Source of the DNA: Hyphomicrobiales bacterium
Lineage (GTDB): Bacteria > Pseudomonadota > Alphaproteobacteria > Rhizobiales > JAKPQE01
Direction: 5' to 3'
DNA length: 64,000 nucleotides
NCBI GenBank assembly: GCA_041397845.1
Contig: JAWKVW010000007.1
Location: 53,288 to 117,287 of the forward strand
Within the stretch, counting starts at the first letter, position 1; the number at the start of each line of letters is the position of its first letter. The translations under genes were made by a program, and so were the position numbers. Shown in pieces: positions 1 through 10,712 of this stretch. The notes under the pieces are model-generated. The model had not been told where the DNA came from and made no database searches. It saw only the letters and a program-made list of their open reading frames with translations.

Positions 1-273
1 CTTCAGGACATTGCTCGGCTTGAAGACCATCACCCGCCGCGGCGAGATCGGAACCTCCTCGCCCGTCTTGGGATTGCGACCGACGCGCTCGCCTTTCGAA
101 CGAACGACAAAAGAGCCGAACGAGGAGAGCTTGACCGTCTCGCCCTCAACAAGCGAGTCGGAAATCTCCTTCAGCACCATTTCGACGAGCTCAGCCGATT
201 CAGTGCGCGACAGGCCCACTTTCTGATAGACCGCCTCGCATAAATCGGCGCGCGTAACAGTCCTGCCCCCCAT
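1..273 (-). CDS. ihfA: Integration host factor subunit alpha, partial (C-terminal end runs off the window)
   Basis: Not in the ORF track because it is truncated. Reverse translation from the ATG at 271-273 reads [91 protein letters not shown], an HU/IHF fold with the GRNPKTGE arm. Confidence 0.9.
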   Translation of the reverse strand, partial: MGGRTVTRADLCEAVYQKVGLSRTESAELVEMVLKEISDSLVEGETVKLSSFGSFVVRSKGERVGRNPKTGEEVPISPRRVMVFKPSNVLK

Positions 274-425
274 CAGCTCACCCCGATGACCGCATCCTGA
301 CGAAATCCATTTATATTCAGCGTCTTCCACGCCGGATACGAACGGTATTGCGTCCCGGACCATGGGTCAACAGGCGCAGTACAATTCGATGCAGTTTTCG
401 AAAAAAGAGCCTTCCGCGGCGGCAA

Positions 426-1403
426 TTACCAGCGCAGCAGCACCGAACCCCAGGTGAAGCCGCCGCCCATCGCCTCGAGGAGCACGACATCGCCCTTCCT
501 GATGCGGCCATCGCGGACGGCCGTGTCGAGGGCGAGCGGAATCGAAGCCGCCGAAGTATTGCCGTGGCGGTCGACGGTGACGACGGTCTTGTCGAGCGGG
601 ATGCCGAGCTTTTTGGCCGAGCCGTCGATGATGCGGCGGTTGGCCTGATGCGGCACGAACCAGTCGATATCGCCGGCGTTCATGCCGGTTGCGGCGAAGG
701 CATCCTCGATGACGTCGGTGATCATGCCGACGGCGTGGCGGAAGACTTCCTTGCCCTCCATGCGCAGATGGCCGACCGTGCGGGTCGAGGACGGGCCGCC
801 GTCGACATAGAGCTTTTCCTTGTGCCGGCCGTCGGAGCGCAGGTGGCAGGTGAGGATGCCGCGATCGGCGGTCGTCCCCTCCTCCTCGCTCGCCTCGAGA
901 ATCACCGCGCCGGCACCGTCGCCGAAGAGCACGCAGGTGCCGCGATCTTCCCAGTCGAGAATGCGCGAGAAGGTCTCGGCGCCGATGACGAGGACGCGGC
1001 GGGCCTGACCGGCGCGAATGAAGTTGTCGGCCGTCGTCAGGGCGAAGACGAAGCCGGAGCAGACCGCCTGCAGATCGAAGGCGGCGCCGCGGGTGATGCC
1101 GAGGCCGGCCTGGACGGCGCAGGCCGTCGCCGGGAAGGTGTTGTCCGGGGTCGAGGTCGCCAGCACGATGAGATCAATGTCATCGGCGGCGATGCCGGCG
1201 GACTCGATGGCCTTGCGGGCCGCGGCCAGCGCGAGATCGGAGGTGTACTCCTTCTCGGCGGCGACATGGCGCTCGCGAATGCCGGTGCGCTGCTGAATCC
1301 ACTCGTCGGAGGTGTCGACCATCGCGGCGAGATCGAGGTTGGTCACGGTTCGGGCCGGCAGGTAGCTGCCGATGCCGCGCACGACAGATCGGATTACGGT
1401 CAC
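426..1403 (-). CDS. fabH: 3-oxoacyl-ACP synthase III (KAS III)
   Basis: 325-aa ORF with [15 protein letters not shown] (active-site Cys context), VPHQANRRI and GNTSAASIP motifs. The start overlaps the plsX stop (1400-1403). Confidence 0.95.
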   Translation of the reverse strand: MTVIRSVVRGIGSYLPARTVTNLDLAAMVDTSDEWIQQRTGIRERHVAAEKEYTSDLALAAARKAIESAGIAADDIDLIVLATSTPDNTFPATACAVQAGLGITRGAAFDLQAVCSGFVFALTTADNFIRAGQARRVLVIGAETFSRILDWEDRGTCVLFGDGAGAVILEASEEEGTTADRGILTCHLRSDGRHKEKLYVDGGPSSTRTVGHLRMEGKEVFRHAVGMITDVIEDAFAATGMNAGDIDWFVPHQANRRIIDGSAKKLGIPLDKTVVTVDRHGNTSAASIPLALDTAVRDGRIRKGDVVLLEAMGGGFTWGSVLLRW

Positions 1404-2461
1404 TTGTTCCCCGCTTCGGAAGCCGCATCCGGTCGGAATCCGGCGCGGTGGTAGAGGCTCAGATCGGCTGCGATCTTGGCCTGCAGGTCGTTGCGAACCA
1501 TGTCGAAGCCAAGATCGACGGCGGCGGCAAAGCCTTCCGCGTCGGTGCCGCCATGGCTCTTGATGACGATGCCGTTGAGGCCGAGGAAGACGCCGCCATT
1601 GGCACGGCGCGGGTCCATCTTGGCCTTCAGGGCGGTAAAGGCAGTGCGCGCGAAGAGATAGCCGATGCGGGCCATCACGGTGCGCTCCATGGCGGCGCGC
1701 AGCAATGCCGCGAACTGCTTGGCAGTGCCCTCGGCGGTCTTCAGGGCGATATTGCCGGCAAAGCCCTCGGTGACGACGACGTCGACGACGCCCTTGCCGA
1801 TGTCGTCGCCCTCGACGAAGCCGCGATAATCAAGGCTCGGCAGATCGGCCTCGCGCAGGATGCGGCCGGCGGTGCGCACTTCCTCGAGGCCTTGACCTCC
1901 TCGACGCCGATGTTCAGCAGGCCGACGGTCGGGCGGTCGATATCGAACAGGGCGCGTCATGGCGCCGCCCATCATGGCGAAATCGATGAGCTGCTGGGCG
2001 TCGGCGCCGATCGTCGCGCCGAGATCGAGGGCCACCGATTCGCCGCGCAGGGTCGGCCAGATGCCGGCGATCGCCGGGCGCTCGATATTTGCCATGGTGC
2101 GCAGGCAGAATTTCGACATGGCCATCAGCGCGCCGGTGTTGCCGGCCGAGACGCAGACGTCAGCCTCGCCGGTCTTCACGGCCTCGATGGCGCGCCACAT
2201 GCTGGACCGCCAGCGGCCCTGGCGCAGCGCCTGGCTCGGCTTGTCGTCCATGCGCACGGTGATGTCGCAATGGCGGAATTCGGAGGCGGCGGCAAGGCGC
2301 GGGTGCTTCTCCAGCACCGGCAGCACCACTTCCTCGTCGCCAAACAGGATGAAATGCACGCCCGGATGGCGCGTCAGCGCGATTTCCGCGCCGGGGATGA
2401 CCATCTCCGGTCCGGCATCGCCACCCATGGCATCGATCGATATGGTGATCCGTTCCGCCAT
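1400..2461 (-). CDS. plsX: Phosphate acyltransferase PlsX (with an internal compensated frame excursion at about 1890-1950)
   Basis: Track ORF 1400-2518; the likely start is [18 protein letters not shown] at 2461. GNTGALMA and [11 protein letters not shown] motifs are present. The in-frame residues [22 protein letters not shown] sit where [20 protein letters not shown] is readable in the adjacent frame. Confidence 0.85.
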   Translation of the reverse strand: MAERITISIDAMGGDAGPEMVIPGAEIALTRHPGVHFILFGDEEVVLPVLEKHPRLAAASEFRHCDITVRMDDKPSQALRQGRWRSSMWRAIEAVKTGEADVCVSAGNTGALMAMSKFCLRTMANIERPAIAGIWPTLRGESVALDLGATIGADAQQLIDFAMMGGAMTRPVRYRPPDRRPAEHRRRGGQGLEEVRTAGRILREADLPSLDYRGFVEGDDIGKGVVDVVVTEGFAGNIALKTAEGTAKQFAALLRAAMERTVMARIGYLFARTAFTALKAKMDPRRANGGVFLGLNGIVIKSHGGTDAEGFAAAVDLGFDMVRNDLQAKIAADLSLYHRAGFRPDAASEAGNK

Positions 2462-2607
2462 GCCGCCTGCCGGTACGCCTCCCTTCGAGGTCTTGTTGCA
2501 TCTCCCGGCGGCAAGCATCGCCCGCGCGTCGGGGTGACGTGAAATCGCGTGGAAGATACCCGTTTCGGCCGTCCAGACAACCGGAATCTTGCCGCGCCGG
2601 CGCGCGC

Positions 2608-3168
2608 CTAGTGCGTTTCGCCGCCGGATTTCGGCTTCAGGCCAGCGAGCACGGCGAATGGAGACTCGGCCGGCTCCTCTTCCTCGACCTCGTCCTCGAT
2701 GACATCGACAAACTCGAGGCCGGGCTTGCGCGGATAGGGATTGAGGCCGAGCGCCAGATGCTCGGCGATGAGTTCGCCAAGATCGACGGACTTGCCGGCG
2801 AACGGCTCGGGCGGGTCGGTCTCGTCGTGATAGATGTCGAGCTCGGGCGACGGCTTCGGCAGACCGCCCTCGCCTTCGGGCAGGAAGCGCGCCTCGATTT
2901 CCTCATGCAGCGTCTCGGGCACCGGCTCGAGGGTGACGCCGCAGGCCTGCGTCACCTCGGCATCGAGGCTGCCGACGGCCTTGAGGCCGCTGCGGCGCCA
3001 TCTCGTGACGGCAAGCGACGCGGTCAGCTTCTCTATCGACAGAATGCCGAGATCGGCGGCAAGCGCGGCGCGCTCCCCGGGGCCGGCATTGATGTTGAGC
3101 GTCGTCCCGGTCGGCGTCAGGGTGCCGACATCGACGGGGCGGGAAAGCGGCGGGCGGCTGGTGGTCAT
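2608..3168 (-). CDS. DUF177 / YceD-family protein
   Basis: 186-aa ORF with an acidic C-terminal half, [22 protein letters not shown], typical of YceD-like proteins. It holds the classic position upstream of plsX-fabH. Confidence 0.8.
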   Translation of the reverse strand: MTTSRPPLSRPVDVGTLTPTGTTLNINAGPGERAALAADLGILSIEKLTASLAVTRWRRSGLKAVGSLDAEVTQACGVTLEPVPETLHEEIEARFLPEGEGGLPKPSPELDIYHDETDPPEPFAGKSVDLGELIAEHLALGLNPYPRKPGLEFVDVIEDEVEEEEPAESPFAVLAGLKPKSGGETH

Positions 3169-3728
3169 GAGGTCGGCCTTGCCGTTTGGGGCTGGAAGTC
3201 TTCCGGCGCGGGGAAAGAAAGCCGGCCGGCGAGCACGTCGGCGAGCGGGATCGTCGCGAGATGGGCGGCGACGGCGCGGCTGTAGCTGGCGAGCGCCGCC
3301 TCTTCCGCGCCGCTGCCATGGCCGCCAAGGACGTTGCGGCCGATCGCGGCGGCAAGCGCGGCCTCGTCGCCGGCATCGAGCGCGGCGTCATAGGCGGCGG
3401 TGCGGCCGTAAAAGCCCTCGGCCATCTTCTTGATGCGCTTGGGGACCGCCAGATCGCCGACGCCAAGCTCGCGCAGGGAGTCATCCATGTCGGCAAAGAA
3501 GATGTCGAACACGGCCTGGCCGCGCGCGGACGCCTCCTCGCCCTCCCCCTTCAAGCGATAAAGGGCGAGGAAAACGTGCAGAACGAGGAGATCGAAGCGG
3601 CCCTCGACCGTGTCGGCAACGCCGAAACTCGTGTAGAATGCCGGCTCACGGGCCTGACCGACGAGCTGGACGTAGATCTCGCGGGCGGCCGCGTCGAGTG
3701 TTTTGCGGCGGAACAGACGGGCGAACAT
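3165..3728 (-). CDS. Ubiquinol-cytochrome c chaperone (Cbp3-like) family protein
   Basis: 187-aa ORF. AREIYVQLVGQAREPAFYTSFGVADTVEGRFDLLVLHVFLALYRL matches my memory of this alphaproteobacterial family. There is a 4-nt overlap with the DUF177 gene. Confidence 0.75.
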   Translation of the reverse strand: MFARLFRRKTLDAAAREIYVQLVGQAREPAFYTSFGVADTVEGRFDLLVLHVFLALYRLKGEGEEASARGQAVFDIFFADMDDSLRELGVGDLAVPKRIKKMAEGFYGRTAAYDAALDAGDEAALAAAIGRNVLGGHGSGAEEAALASYSRAVAAHLATIPLADVLAGRLSFPAPEDFQPQTARPTS

Positions 3729-3986
3729 ATTGCTGCCGGAATGCTGGTGTTCTCGGGAACCACGTCTGGCGTGGCGGGGCTGGTCTTGTCACCTATCGCA
3801 GGATCGGGCAAAAGCCAAGCAGCGGCACGGCGCAACGGGCCGGTGGACACCGGCGGCGGCGCAAGGAAACTGAAAGACTTGTCGCCGAAGGTGCGCGGCA
3901 GGGGACCGCCGCCCGAAGGGGCGGAGCGAGCAAGGGGAACCGGAGACCGGCTGGGCCGGCCGCCGGCACGAGGAGACCGACAAGTC

Positions 3987-4472
3987 ATGCGTCATTCGGA
4001 TTCGAAACCCGCTCATGCCGGCCGCAGCGGCCGGGCGCGCGCCGCCGGCGCGGCGCTGGCACTCGGGGCCGTCATCGCCCTTGCGGGCTGCGTCACCAGC
4101 GAGACGCAGCAGCACGGCTATGTCGTTTCCGAGAACTCGCTTGAGCAGGTGCCGGTCGGATCGAGCCGCGAGCAGGTCATCATCGTGCTCGGCTCGCCGT
4201 CGACGACGGCGACGATCGGCAACGAGATTTTCTACTACATCTCGCAGAAGCGGGTGCGCAACGCGGCCTTCATGAACGCGAAGGTCGTCGACCAGCGCGT
4301 CGTCGCGGTCTATTTCGACAAGGACAGCCGGGTCGAGCGGATCGCCGACTACGGCCTCAAGGACGGCAAGGTGTTCGACTTCATCAGCCGGCAGACGGCG
4401 ACGTCCGGCAAGGATCTCAACTTCCTGTCGCAGATCCTGCAGGGCCTCGGCCGCGGCACGCCGTTCAGTTGA
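3987..4472 (+). CDS. bamE: Outer membrane protein assembly factor BamE (SmpA/OmlA lipoprotein)
   Basis: C-terminal part of track ORF 3186-4472, with ATG at 3987. It has a lipobox VIALAGC, then HGYVVSENSLEQVPVGSSREQVIIVLGSPS (BamE-like). The upstream part of the ORF is antisense shadow. Confidence 0.8.
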   Translation: MRHSDSKPAHAGRSGRARAAGAALALGAVIALAGCVTSETQQHGYVVSENSLEQVPVGSSREQVIIVLGSPSTTATIGNEIFYYISQKRVRNAAFMNAKVVDQRVVAVYFDKDSRVERIADYGLKDGKVFDFISRQTATSGKDLNFLSQILQGLGRGTPFS

Positions 4473-4499
4473 TCGCAGCCGGCATCGCGGGAATTCGGG

Positions 4500-4533
4500 A
4501 CGGCGTCCGCATGCGGGCGCCGTTCGTCGTTTC
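4500..4533 (+). terminator. Putative rho-independent terminator after bamE
   Basis: acggcg(t)ccgc..gcgg(g)cgccgt extended palindrome (4500-4523) followed by tcgtcgtttc. Confidence 0.45.
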
Positions 4534-4640
4534 AGCGGCCTCACCCCTCCCCGGTTTCCCGGCCTTCCAACCGGGGCACCACCGAACCGGCCCTCCGGCT
4601 TGCATGAAGGGGTGGACGAGTTCACAGACGGGAGGCGTTC

Positions 4641-5081
4641 ATGCCCATCCTCGACCGGCGCGGCTTCCTCATCGGCGCTGCCGCGCTTGCGCTCATGCCC
4701 GGACAGGCTATTGCGCGCGCCTATACGCCGCCGCGCGGCTCGGCCGAGCGCAAGGCCATCCTCGACACGCTGCGGCCCCGGGTCGAACGGGAGATCGGCG
4801 CGCCGGTGGAGTTCGTCGTCTCGACGATCCGGGTCGATGGCGACTGGGCCTTCGTCAGCGTCACGCCGCAGCGGCCCGGCGGCCAGCCGATTGACTGGAC
4901 GCGGACCAGGTATGCCGATGCCTGGCGGTCGGACTTCATGAGCGACGTCATCCAGGCGCTGTTCCAGCGGCGCGGCCGGGGCTGGAAGATCGTCGAATTC
5001 GCGTTCGGGCCGACCGACGTTCCCTGGGTCATGTGGACGACGAAATACGGCCTTCCCGAAGCCTTCTTCATGGGCGGGTGA
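4641..5081 (+). CDS. Hypothetical exported protein (twin-arginine-like signal)
   Basis: 146-aa ORF. MPILDRRGFLIGAAALALMPGQAIA is followed by a balanced, non-shadow composition. I recognise no family. Confidence 0.7.
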   Translation: MPILDRRGFLIGAAALALMPGQAIARAYTPPRGSAERKAILDTLRPRVEREIGAPVEFVVSTIRVDGDWAFVSVTPQRPGGQPIDWTRTRYADAWRSDFMSDVIQALFQRRGRGWKIVEFAFGPTDVPWVMWTTKYGLPEAFFMGG

Positions 5082-5099
5082 GCGCCCCCAACAGAAAAA

Positions 5100-5121
5100 C
5101 CCCGCGGCCGAGGCCGCGGGG
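5100..5121. terminator. Bidirectional rho-independent terminator (between the convergent hypothetical gene and hppA)
   Basis: ccccgcggc-cgag-gccgcgggg perfect 9-bp stem, flanked by an aaaaa run upstream (T-run on the minus strand) and cttgttgtc downstream. Confidence 0.7.
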
Positions 5122-5147
5122 CTTGTTGTCGTGTCGTCGTTTCCGGC

Positions 5148-7280
5148 TCAGTGCGCGAGGATCGCGAGCAGCAGCAGGGCGACGATGTTGGTGATCTTGA
5201 TCATCGGGTTGACGGCCGGGCCGGCGGTGTCCTTGTAGGGATCGCCGACGGTGTCGCCGGTCACCGACGCCTTGTGGGCCTCGGAACCCTTCATGTGGCG
5301 CACGCCGTCCTTGTCGACGAAGCCATCCTCGAAGGACTTCTTGGCGTTGTCCCAGGCGCCGCCGCCGGCCGTCATGGAGACGGCGACGAAGAGGCCGGTG
5401 ACGATGACGCCGAGCAGCATCGCGCCGACGGCCGAGAACGCCTCGGACTTGCCGGCGATGGCATAGACCACGAAGAAGACGACGATCGGCGAGAGCACCG
5501 GCAGGAGCGACGGGATGACCATCTCCTTGATCGCGGCGCGGGTCAGCATGTCGACGGCGCGGCCGTAGTCCGGACGCTCGGTGCCGGCCATGATGCCCGG
5601 CTTCTCGCGGAACTGGCGACGCACTTCCTCGACGACGGCGCCACCGGCGCGGCCGACGGCGGTCATGCCCATGCCGCCGAACAGGTACGGCAGCAGGCCG
5701 CCGAACAGCAGGCCGACGACGACATACGGGTTCGACAGCGAGAAGTTGACGGAGACGCCTTCAAAGAAGGAGCCCGGCGCCGCGTTCCTGGCGAAGAACT
5801 CGAGGTCCGAGGTATAGGCGGCAAAGAGCACCAGCGCGCCGAGGCCGGCGGAACCGATGGCATAGCCCTTGGTCACGGCCTTGGTGGTGTTGCCGACGGC
5901 GTCGAGAGCGTCGGTGGTGACGCGCACTTCCTTCGGCAGGTCGGACATTTCGGCGATGCCGCCGGCGTTGTCGGTGACCGGGCCGAAGGCGTCGAGGGCG
6001 ACGACCATGCCGGCAAGGGCAAGCATCGTCGTCACCGCGATGGCGATGCCGAAGAGGCCGGCCAGCTTGAAGGCGATGATGATGCCCGCGATGATGATGA
6101 TCGCCGGCAGCGCCGTCGCCTCGAGCGAGACCGCAAGGCCCTGGATGACGTTGGTGCCGTGACCGGTGACCGACGCCTGGGCGATCGAGCGGACGGGACG
6201 GAAGCCGACGCCGGTGTAGTACTCGGTCACCCAGATGATGAGGCCGGTGACGCCGAGACCGACGAGGCCGCAATAGAACAGGTGCCGGCCGGTGAAGCTG
6301 AGGCCGCTGCCGGTGGTGAACTCGGTCGAGGCGCCGAGCCAGCCCCAGACGATCGCAAAGAGGGCGATGGCGGAGAGCACGGCGGTGGCGATGAAGCCCT
6401 TGTAGAGGGCGCCCATGATCGAGTTGTTGGCACCGAGCTTGACGAAGAAGGTGCCGATGATCGAGGTGATGACGCAGCTCGCGCCGATCGCCAGCGGGAA
6501 CACCATCAGATTGACGGCGGCATCGCCGGCAAAAAAGATCGAGGCGAGAACCATCGTGGCGACGACGGTCACCGCGTAGGTCTCGAACAGGTCGGCGGCC
6601 ATGCCGGCGCAGTCGCCGACGTTGTCACCGACGTTGTCGGCGATGGTTGCCGGGTTGCGCGGATCGTCTTCCGGAATACCGGCCTCGACCTTGCCGACGA
6701 GGTCGCCGCCGACGTCCGCACCCTTGGTGAAGATGCCGCCGCCGAGACGGGCGAAGATCGAGATCAGCGAGGCGCCGAAGCCGAGGGCGACGAGCGCGTC
6801 GATGACGGCGCGGTCGGTCGGGTTCATGCCGAGGACGGTGGTCAGCACCGTGAAGTACACCGCGACACCGAGGAGGGCGAGGCCGGCAACGAGCAGGCCG
6901 GTGATCGCGCCCGACTTGAAGGCGATCTCGAGGCCGGCGCCGAGCGACTGGGAAGCCGCCTGGGCGGTACGAACGTTGGCGCGCACGGAGACGAGCATGC
7001 CGATAAAGCCGGCAGCGCCGGACAGGATGGCGCCGATGGCAAAGCCGATCGCGGCCAGACCGCCGAGCAGATACCAAGCGGCCGCGAACACGACGACGCC
7101 GACGACGGCGATGGTGGTGTACTGGCGCGTCAGATAAGCCATTGCACCTTCACGGATCGCGGCGGCAATTTCCTGCATCCGCGCGTTGCCGGCATCGGCC
7201 GCCATCACCGACCGGCTGGCCCAAACGCCATACACGATCGACAGCAACCCGCAGGCGATGATCACCCAGAGTGTGTTCAT
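5148..7280 (-). CDS. hppA: K+-insensitive H+-translocating pyrophosphatase
   Basis: 710-aa polytopic ORF with [27 protein letters not shown] and [21 protein letters not shown] motifs. Confidence 0.97.
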   Translation of the reverse strand: MNTLWVIIACGLLSIVYGVWASRSVMAADAGNARMQEIAAAIREGAMAYLTRQYTTIAVVGVVVFAAAWYLLGGLAAIGFAIGAILSGAAGFIGMLVSVRANVRTAQAASQSLGAGLEIAFKSGAITGLLVAGLALLGVAVYFTVLTTVLGMNPTDRAVIDALVALGFGASLISIFARLGGGIFTKGADVGGDLVGKVEAGIPEDDPRNPATIADNVGDNVGDCAGMAADLFETYAVTVVATMVLASIFFAGDAAVNLMVFPLAIGASCVITSIIGTFFVKLGANNSIMGALYKGFIATAVLSAIALFAIVWGWLGASTEFTTGSGLSFTGRHLFYCGLVGLGVTGLIIWVTEYYTGVGFRPVRSIAQASVTGHGTNVIQGLAVSLEATALPAIIIIAGIIIAFKLAGLFGIAIAVTTMLALAGMVVALDAFGPVTDNAGGIAEMSDLPKEVRVTTDALDAVGNTTKAVTKGYAIGSAGLGALVLFAAYTSDLEFFARNAAPGSFFEGVSVNFSLSNPYVVVGLLFGGLLPYLFGGMGMTAVGRAGGAVVEEVRRQFREKPGIMAGTERPDYGRAVDMLTRAAIKEMVIPSLLPVLSPIVVFFVVYAIAGKSEAFSAVGAMLLGVIVTGLFVAVSMTAGGGAWDNAKKSFEDGFVDKDGVRHMKGSEAHKASVTGDTVGDPYKDTAGPAVNPMIKITNIVALLLLAILAH

Positions 7281-7465
7281 GAGATCTGTTCCTGTTGCCC
7301 CATCTGTCCCAAAAAGATGCCTCTACGCCGGCGCCTGGACATGATTGCGCGCGGCAGACCGGATTTATGTTTTTGTGGCATCCCCCCCGGCTGCAGGGAT
7401 TGTTGCCAAAGAAGGGCGGCCCATGCAACTGCGCAAAAGGGCGTCATTCACTGCCCAAACAGCAC

Positions 7466-8680
7466 TCAGCGCGTCCGCAGCCGGCGCATGCGGCGGCGCA
7501 CATCAAGCCAGACGAGCATTGCAAAGCAGGCGCCGGTGAACGGAAACAGCATCCAGTTGATGGCTTCCCAGCCGGACGAATCGAGCAGCTTGCCCGAGGA
7601 AACCGACGCCAGGGCGACAAAGGCGAAGACGAGGAAGTCGTTGGTGCCCTGCACCTTGTTGCGCTCCTCGGGCCGATAGCAGTCGGTCACCATCGTGGTG
7701 GCGCCGACGAAGCCGAAGTTCCAGCCGACGCCGAGAAGGATGAGCGCCGTCCAGAAATGCATCAGCTCGACGCCCATCAGGGCGACGACGCCGCAGCCGG
7801 CAAGCAGCACAAGTCCCGCCATTACAACGGCTTCCTTGCCGAAGCGGGAAATCAGGTGGCCGGTGAAGAAACTCGGGCCGAACATGGCGATGACATGCCA
7901 CTGGATCGCCAGGGCGGCGTCGCCGACGGTGTGGTCGCAGCCGACCATGGCGAGAGGGGCGCCGGTCATGACGAGATTCATCAGGGCGTAGCTGGTGATG
8001 CCGCAGATGACGGCGACGATGAAGCGCGGCTGGCGCATGATCGTCAGCAGCGGCCGGCCGGTGCCGGTTTCGGCGATCGGGCGCGGCGGCGGGATGCGCA
8101 CGAAACTCAGCACCAGCATGGCCAGAAAGGCGACCGATGCCTGCACTGCAAAAGCGCCGGCGAAAGCAATCGGTGCAAAAAGGTCGCGGGTATAGATGAC
8201 GAGCTGTGGGCCGATGACGCCGGCCGCGACGCCGCCCGCCAGCACCCAGGAGATCGCCTTGCCGCGAAATGCGTCCGAGGCGGTGTCGGCGGCGGCATAG
8301 CGATAGAGCTGGACGAAGGCGGCATAGCAGCCGGCAAGGAAAGTGCCGAGGGCGAAGAGCCAGAAATCGGCAATCATGATGGCGCGCATCGCCGTCAGGC
8401 CGGCGACGATGCCGAGCAGCGAGCCGATCATGAAGCCGGCGCGGCGGCCGATGCGGCGGGTCAGCATCGAGGCGGGAATGGTCGTTGCCGCCGTGCCGAG
8501 CACGAAGCAGGTGATCGGCAGGGTCGAGAGCGCCTTGTTCTCGGCAAGCCAGTGGCCGACGAGGCCGCCAAGGGCGAATGTGACGGTGCTGTTGGCGCCG
8601 CCGAGCGCCTGGGCGACGGCGAGGATCAGCGCGTTGCGACGGGCGAGCCGATCGTCGACGACGTGCTCAGAAGTGCTCAT
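7466..8680 (-). CDS. MFS transporter
   Basis: C-terminal 404 aa of track ORF 7466-9121, starting MSTSEHVVDDRLARRNALILAVAQ. There are about 12 hydrophobic segments and the MFS-like loop TRRIGRRAG. The start overlaps the thiL stop by 14 nt. Confidence 0.8.
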   Translation of the reverse strand: MSTSEHVVDDRLARRNALILAVAQALGGANSTVTFALGGLVGHWLAENKALSTLPITCFVLGTAATTIPASMLTRRIGRRAGFMIGSLLGIVAGLTAMRAIMIADFWLFALGTFLAGCYAAFVQLYRYAAADTASDAFRGKAISWVLAGGVAAGVIGPQLVIYTRDLFAPIAFAGAFAVQASVAFLAMLVLSFVRIPPPRPIAETGTGRPLLTIMRQPRFIVAVICGITSYALMNLVMTGAPLAMVGCDHTVGDAALAIQWHVIAMFGPSFFTGHLISRFGKEAVVMAGLVLLAGCGVVALMGVELMHFWTALILLGVGWNFGFVGATTMVTDCYRPEERNKVQGTNDFLVFAFVALASVSSGKLLDSSGWEAINWMLFPFTGACFAMLVWLDVRRRMRRLRTR

Positions 8681-9653
8681 ATCCACGCCTTTCCAGCGAG
8701 ATTTCCCGGCCACTCTCGTCGACGAGCCGGACAGTGCCCTGCCTCCCGTCGAGGACGCCGATGTCGACGACGGGGACGCCGGCAAGGGCAGCGGCTTCGG
8801 CGAAGGCATCGGCCGATGCCGGATCGACGGCTGCGACGATCTCGTAGTCATCGCCGCCATCGATGACGGTCGCCAGCAATTCGCCGCGCGCCGCGAGTAG
8901 CGCCCGCGCGCCGGGCGAAAGCGGCACACGGTCGGCATTGAGCCTGGCGCCGAGCCCGGCGGCGCGGCAGAGCTTGCCGATATCGGTGACGAGGCCGTCG
9001 GAGACATCGATGCCGGCGCGGGCATGGGCGCGCAGGGCCGGACCAAGCGCGAGGCGCGGTCGCGGCAGCAGATAGCGACCGACGAGATACTGCGCCTCGC
9101 CGGCCGAAACATCCCCGGCAAGCTCCGGATTCAGCCGGAGCGCAAGACCGAGTGCGGCGTCGCCGATGGTCCCGCTGACGAACAGGCGATCGCCCGGCCG
9201 GGCGGCGGCACGGCGCAGCGCCCGGCCCGCTGCGACCTCGCCAAGGGCGGTGATCGAGAGCGTCAGCGGCCCGTCCGTCGCGATGGTGTCGCCGCCAAGC
9301 AGCGGCACGGCGAACTCGGCTTGATCAGCGGCAAGGCCGGCGGAGAAGGCCGACAGCCAGCTCTCCGTCCAGTCGCGCGGCAGGGCGATGGTGAGAAGAT
9401 AGCCGCGCGGCGTCGCGCCCTTGGCGGCAAGGTCGGAGAGATTGACGCGCAGGGCCTTGCGGGCGACGAGGTCGGCCGGATCGTCGGCGAAGAAATGGAC
9501 GCCGGCGGCGAGCGCATCGGCAGTCACGACGAGATCGTTGCCCGGCGCGGGCGTGAAAACGGCGGTGTCGTCGAGAAGTCCGAGCGCGGCGGCGTCGGTG
9601 GCGAGCGGCGCGAAGAAGCGATCGATCAGCGCCACCTCGCCGGGGCGGGTCAT
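8667..9653 (-). CDS. thiL: Thiamine-monophosphate kinase
   Basis: C-terminal 328 aa of track ORF 8667-10214, starting MTRPGEVALIDRFF. It shows AIR-synthase-like DDTAV...VVTADALAAGVHF and RVNLSDLAAKGA motifs. Confidence 0.9.
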   Translation of the reverse strand: MTRPGEVALIDRFFAPLATDAAALGLLDDTAVFTPAPGNDLVVTADALAAGVHFFADDPADLVARKALRVNLSDLAAKGATPRGYLLTIALPRDWTESWLSAFSAGLAADQAEFAVPLLGGDTIATDGPLTLSITALGEVAAGRALRRAAARPGDRLFVSGTIGDAALGLALRLNPELAGDVSAGEAQYLVGRYLLPRPRLALGPALRAHARAGIDVSDGLVTDIGKLCRAAGLGARLNADRVPLSPGARALLAARGELLATVIDGGDDYEIVAAVDPASADAFAEAAALAGVPVVDIGVLDGRQGTVRLVDESGREISLERRGYEHF

Positions 9654-10183
9654 GCGCCCTTCCCCGCCCTGCCCCCGCCGGAGGCATCGTCGGCGAACTC
9701 GTCCGGGCGAAGCTGGCGGGCCAGCGTGTCGAGCACGCCATTGACCATCGGCGGCTCCTCGCCATCCTCGAAGAAGGCGCGGGCGACCTCGACATATTCG
9801 GAAATGACGACGCGGGCCGGCACGTCGCGGCGCTGCATCAGCTCGAAACAGCCGGCACGCAGCAGCGCGCGGAGCGTCGAATCGAGCCGCTTCAGCGGCC
9901 AGCCGGCCGTCAACGCGGCGTGAATGCGCGGGTCGATGCGGCGCTGGGCGCCAACGACGCCGGTCATGATATCGCGGAAGAAGTCCGCGTCGGCCGGCAG
10001 GTATTCCTCGCCCTCGATCTCGCGACCGAGGCGGAAGGCCTGAAACTCGGCCATCACCGAGGCGAGGTCGGTGCCGCCGACGTCCATCTGGTAGAGCGCC
10101 TGCACGGCGGCGAGACGGGCCATGCCCCGCTTGTTGGCGGGACGCGGGGCGCGCCGGGCCGGCTTGTCGTTCGTTCCGGTCAT
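9650..10183 (-). CDS. nusB: Transcription antitermination factor NusB
   Basis: 177 aa from MTGTNDKPARR. ARLAAVQALYQMDVGG and VISEYVEVARAFF are NusB-like. ATGA overlaps are present with thiL and ribH. Confidence 0.9.
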   Translation of the reverse strand: MTGTNDKPARRAPRPANKRGMARLAAVQALYQMDVGGTDLASVMAEFQAFRLGREIEGEEYLPADADFFRDIMTGVVGAQRRIDPRIHAALTAGWPLKRLDSTLRALLRAGCFELMQRRDVPARVVISEYVEVARAFFEDGEEPPMVNGVLDTLARQLRPDEFADDASGGGRAGKGA

Positions 10184-10635
10184 TCCGACAGACCAAGCTC
10201 CTCGGCAACCGCAATCATCGACAGGGCGGCGCGGGCCGCGAAGCCGCCCTTGTTCTTCTCGCCGACGCGGGCGCGGGCCCAGGCCTGCGCGCCGTTCTCG
10301 ACGGTCAGGATACCGTTGCCGACGGCGATGCACTCCTCGATCGCCAGATCCATGACGGCGCGGGCGGATTCGTTGGCGACGATGTCGTAATGCGAGGTCT
10401 CGCCACGAATCACGGCGCCGAGCAGGACGTAGCCGTCGAACTCCTCGCCGCCCTCGCCGGCCGCCTCGATCGCCATGGCGAGCGCGGCCGGAATCTCGAG
10501 CACGCCCGGCACGGAAAGCCGGGTGTAGGTCGCGCCGGCCTCGTCGAGCGCTGCGGTCGCGCCACGGACAAGTTCGTCAGCGATGTCGTCGTAAAAACGC
10601 GCATCGATGACGAGAAGGTGCGGGCGCTTTGCCAT
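10180..10635 (-). CDS. ribH: 6,7-dimethyl-8-ribityllumazine synthase
   Basis: 151-aa ORF with VPGVLEIP, LGAVIRGETSHYDIV and GILTVEN motifs. Confidence 0.95.
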   Translation of the reverse strand: MAKRPHLLVIDARFYDDIADELVRGATAALDEAGATYTRLSVPGVLEIPAALAMAIEAAGEGGEEFDGYVLLGAVIRGETSHYDIVANESARAVMDLAIEECIAVGNGILTVENGAQAWARARVGEKNKGGFAARAALSMIAVAEELGLSE

Positions 10636-10712
10636 CGCTCAGGACTCCTTGTGAAGGTTCGAGCGCCCAATGACCACGGCCGGGCGCGCTTGTCCAGTGC
10701 GGGCGTCGCCAA

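Noticed and set aside
2519-2607. An expected rpmF (L32) gene between the DUF177 gene and plsX, as in the enterobacterial yceD-rpmF-plsX-fabH arrangement.
   Set aside because: The gap is 89 nt and has no ORF. rpmF is evidently elsewhere, which is normal for alphaproteobacteria.
5151-7679. An 842-aa plus-strand ORF, plus many other very long ORFs (348-1454, 12675-14849, 19596-22100, 26450-28516, 31901-34330, 36635-38149, 47776-49197, 53445-55229).
   Set aside because: Each lies antisense to, or out of frame with, a gene that has clear conserved motifs. Their products are Arg/Gly/Ala/Asp/Pro-rich with no recognisable motifs. Stop-poor shadow frames are expected at this GC content.
7466-10214. 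N-terminal extensions of the MFS (551 aa) and ThiL (515 aa) track ORFs.
   Set aside because: The extensions are Arg/Pro-rich, overlap the upstream genes in another frame, and internal Met starts give normal-length proteins with operon-style overlaps.
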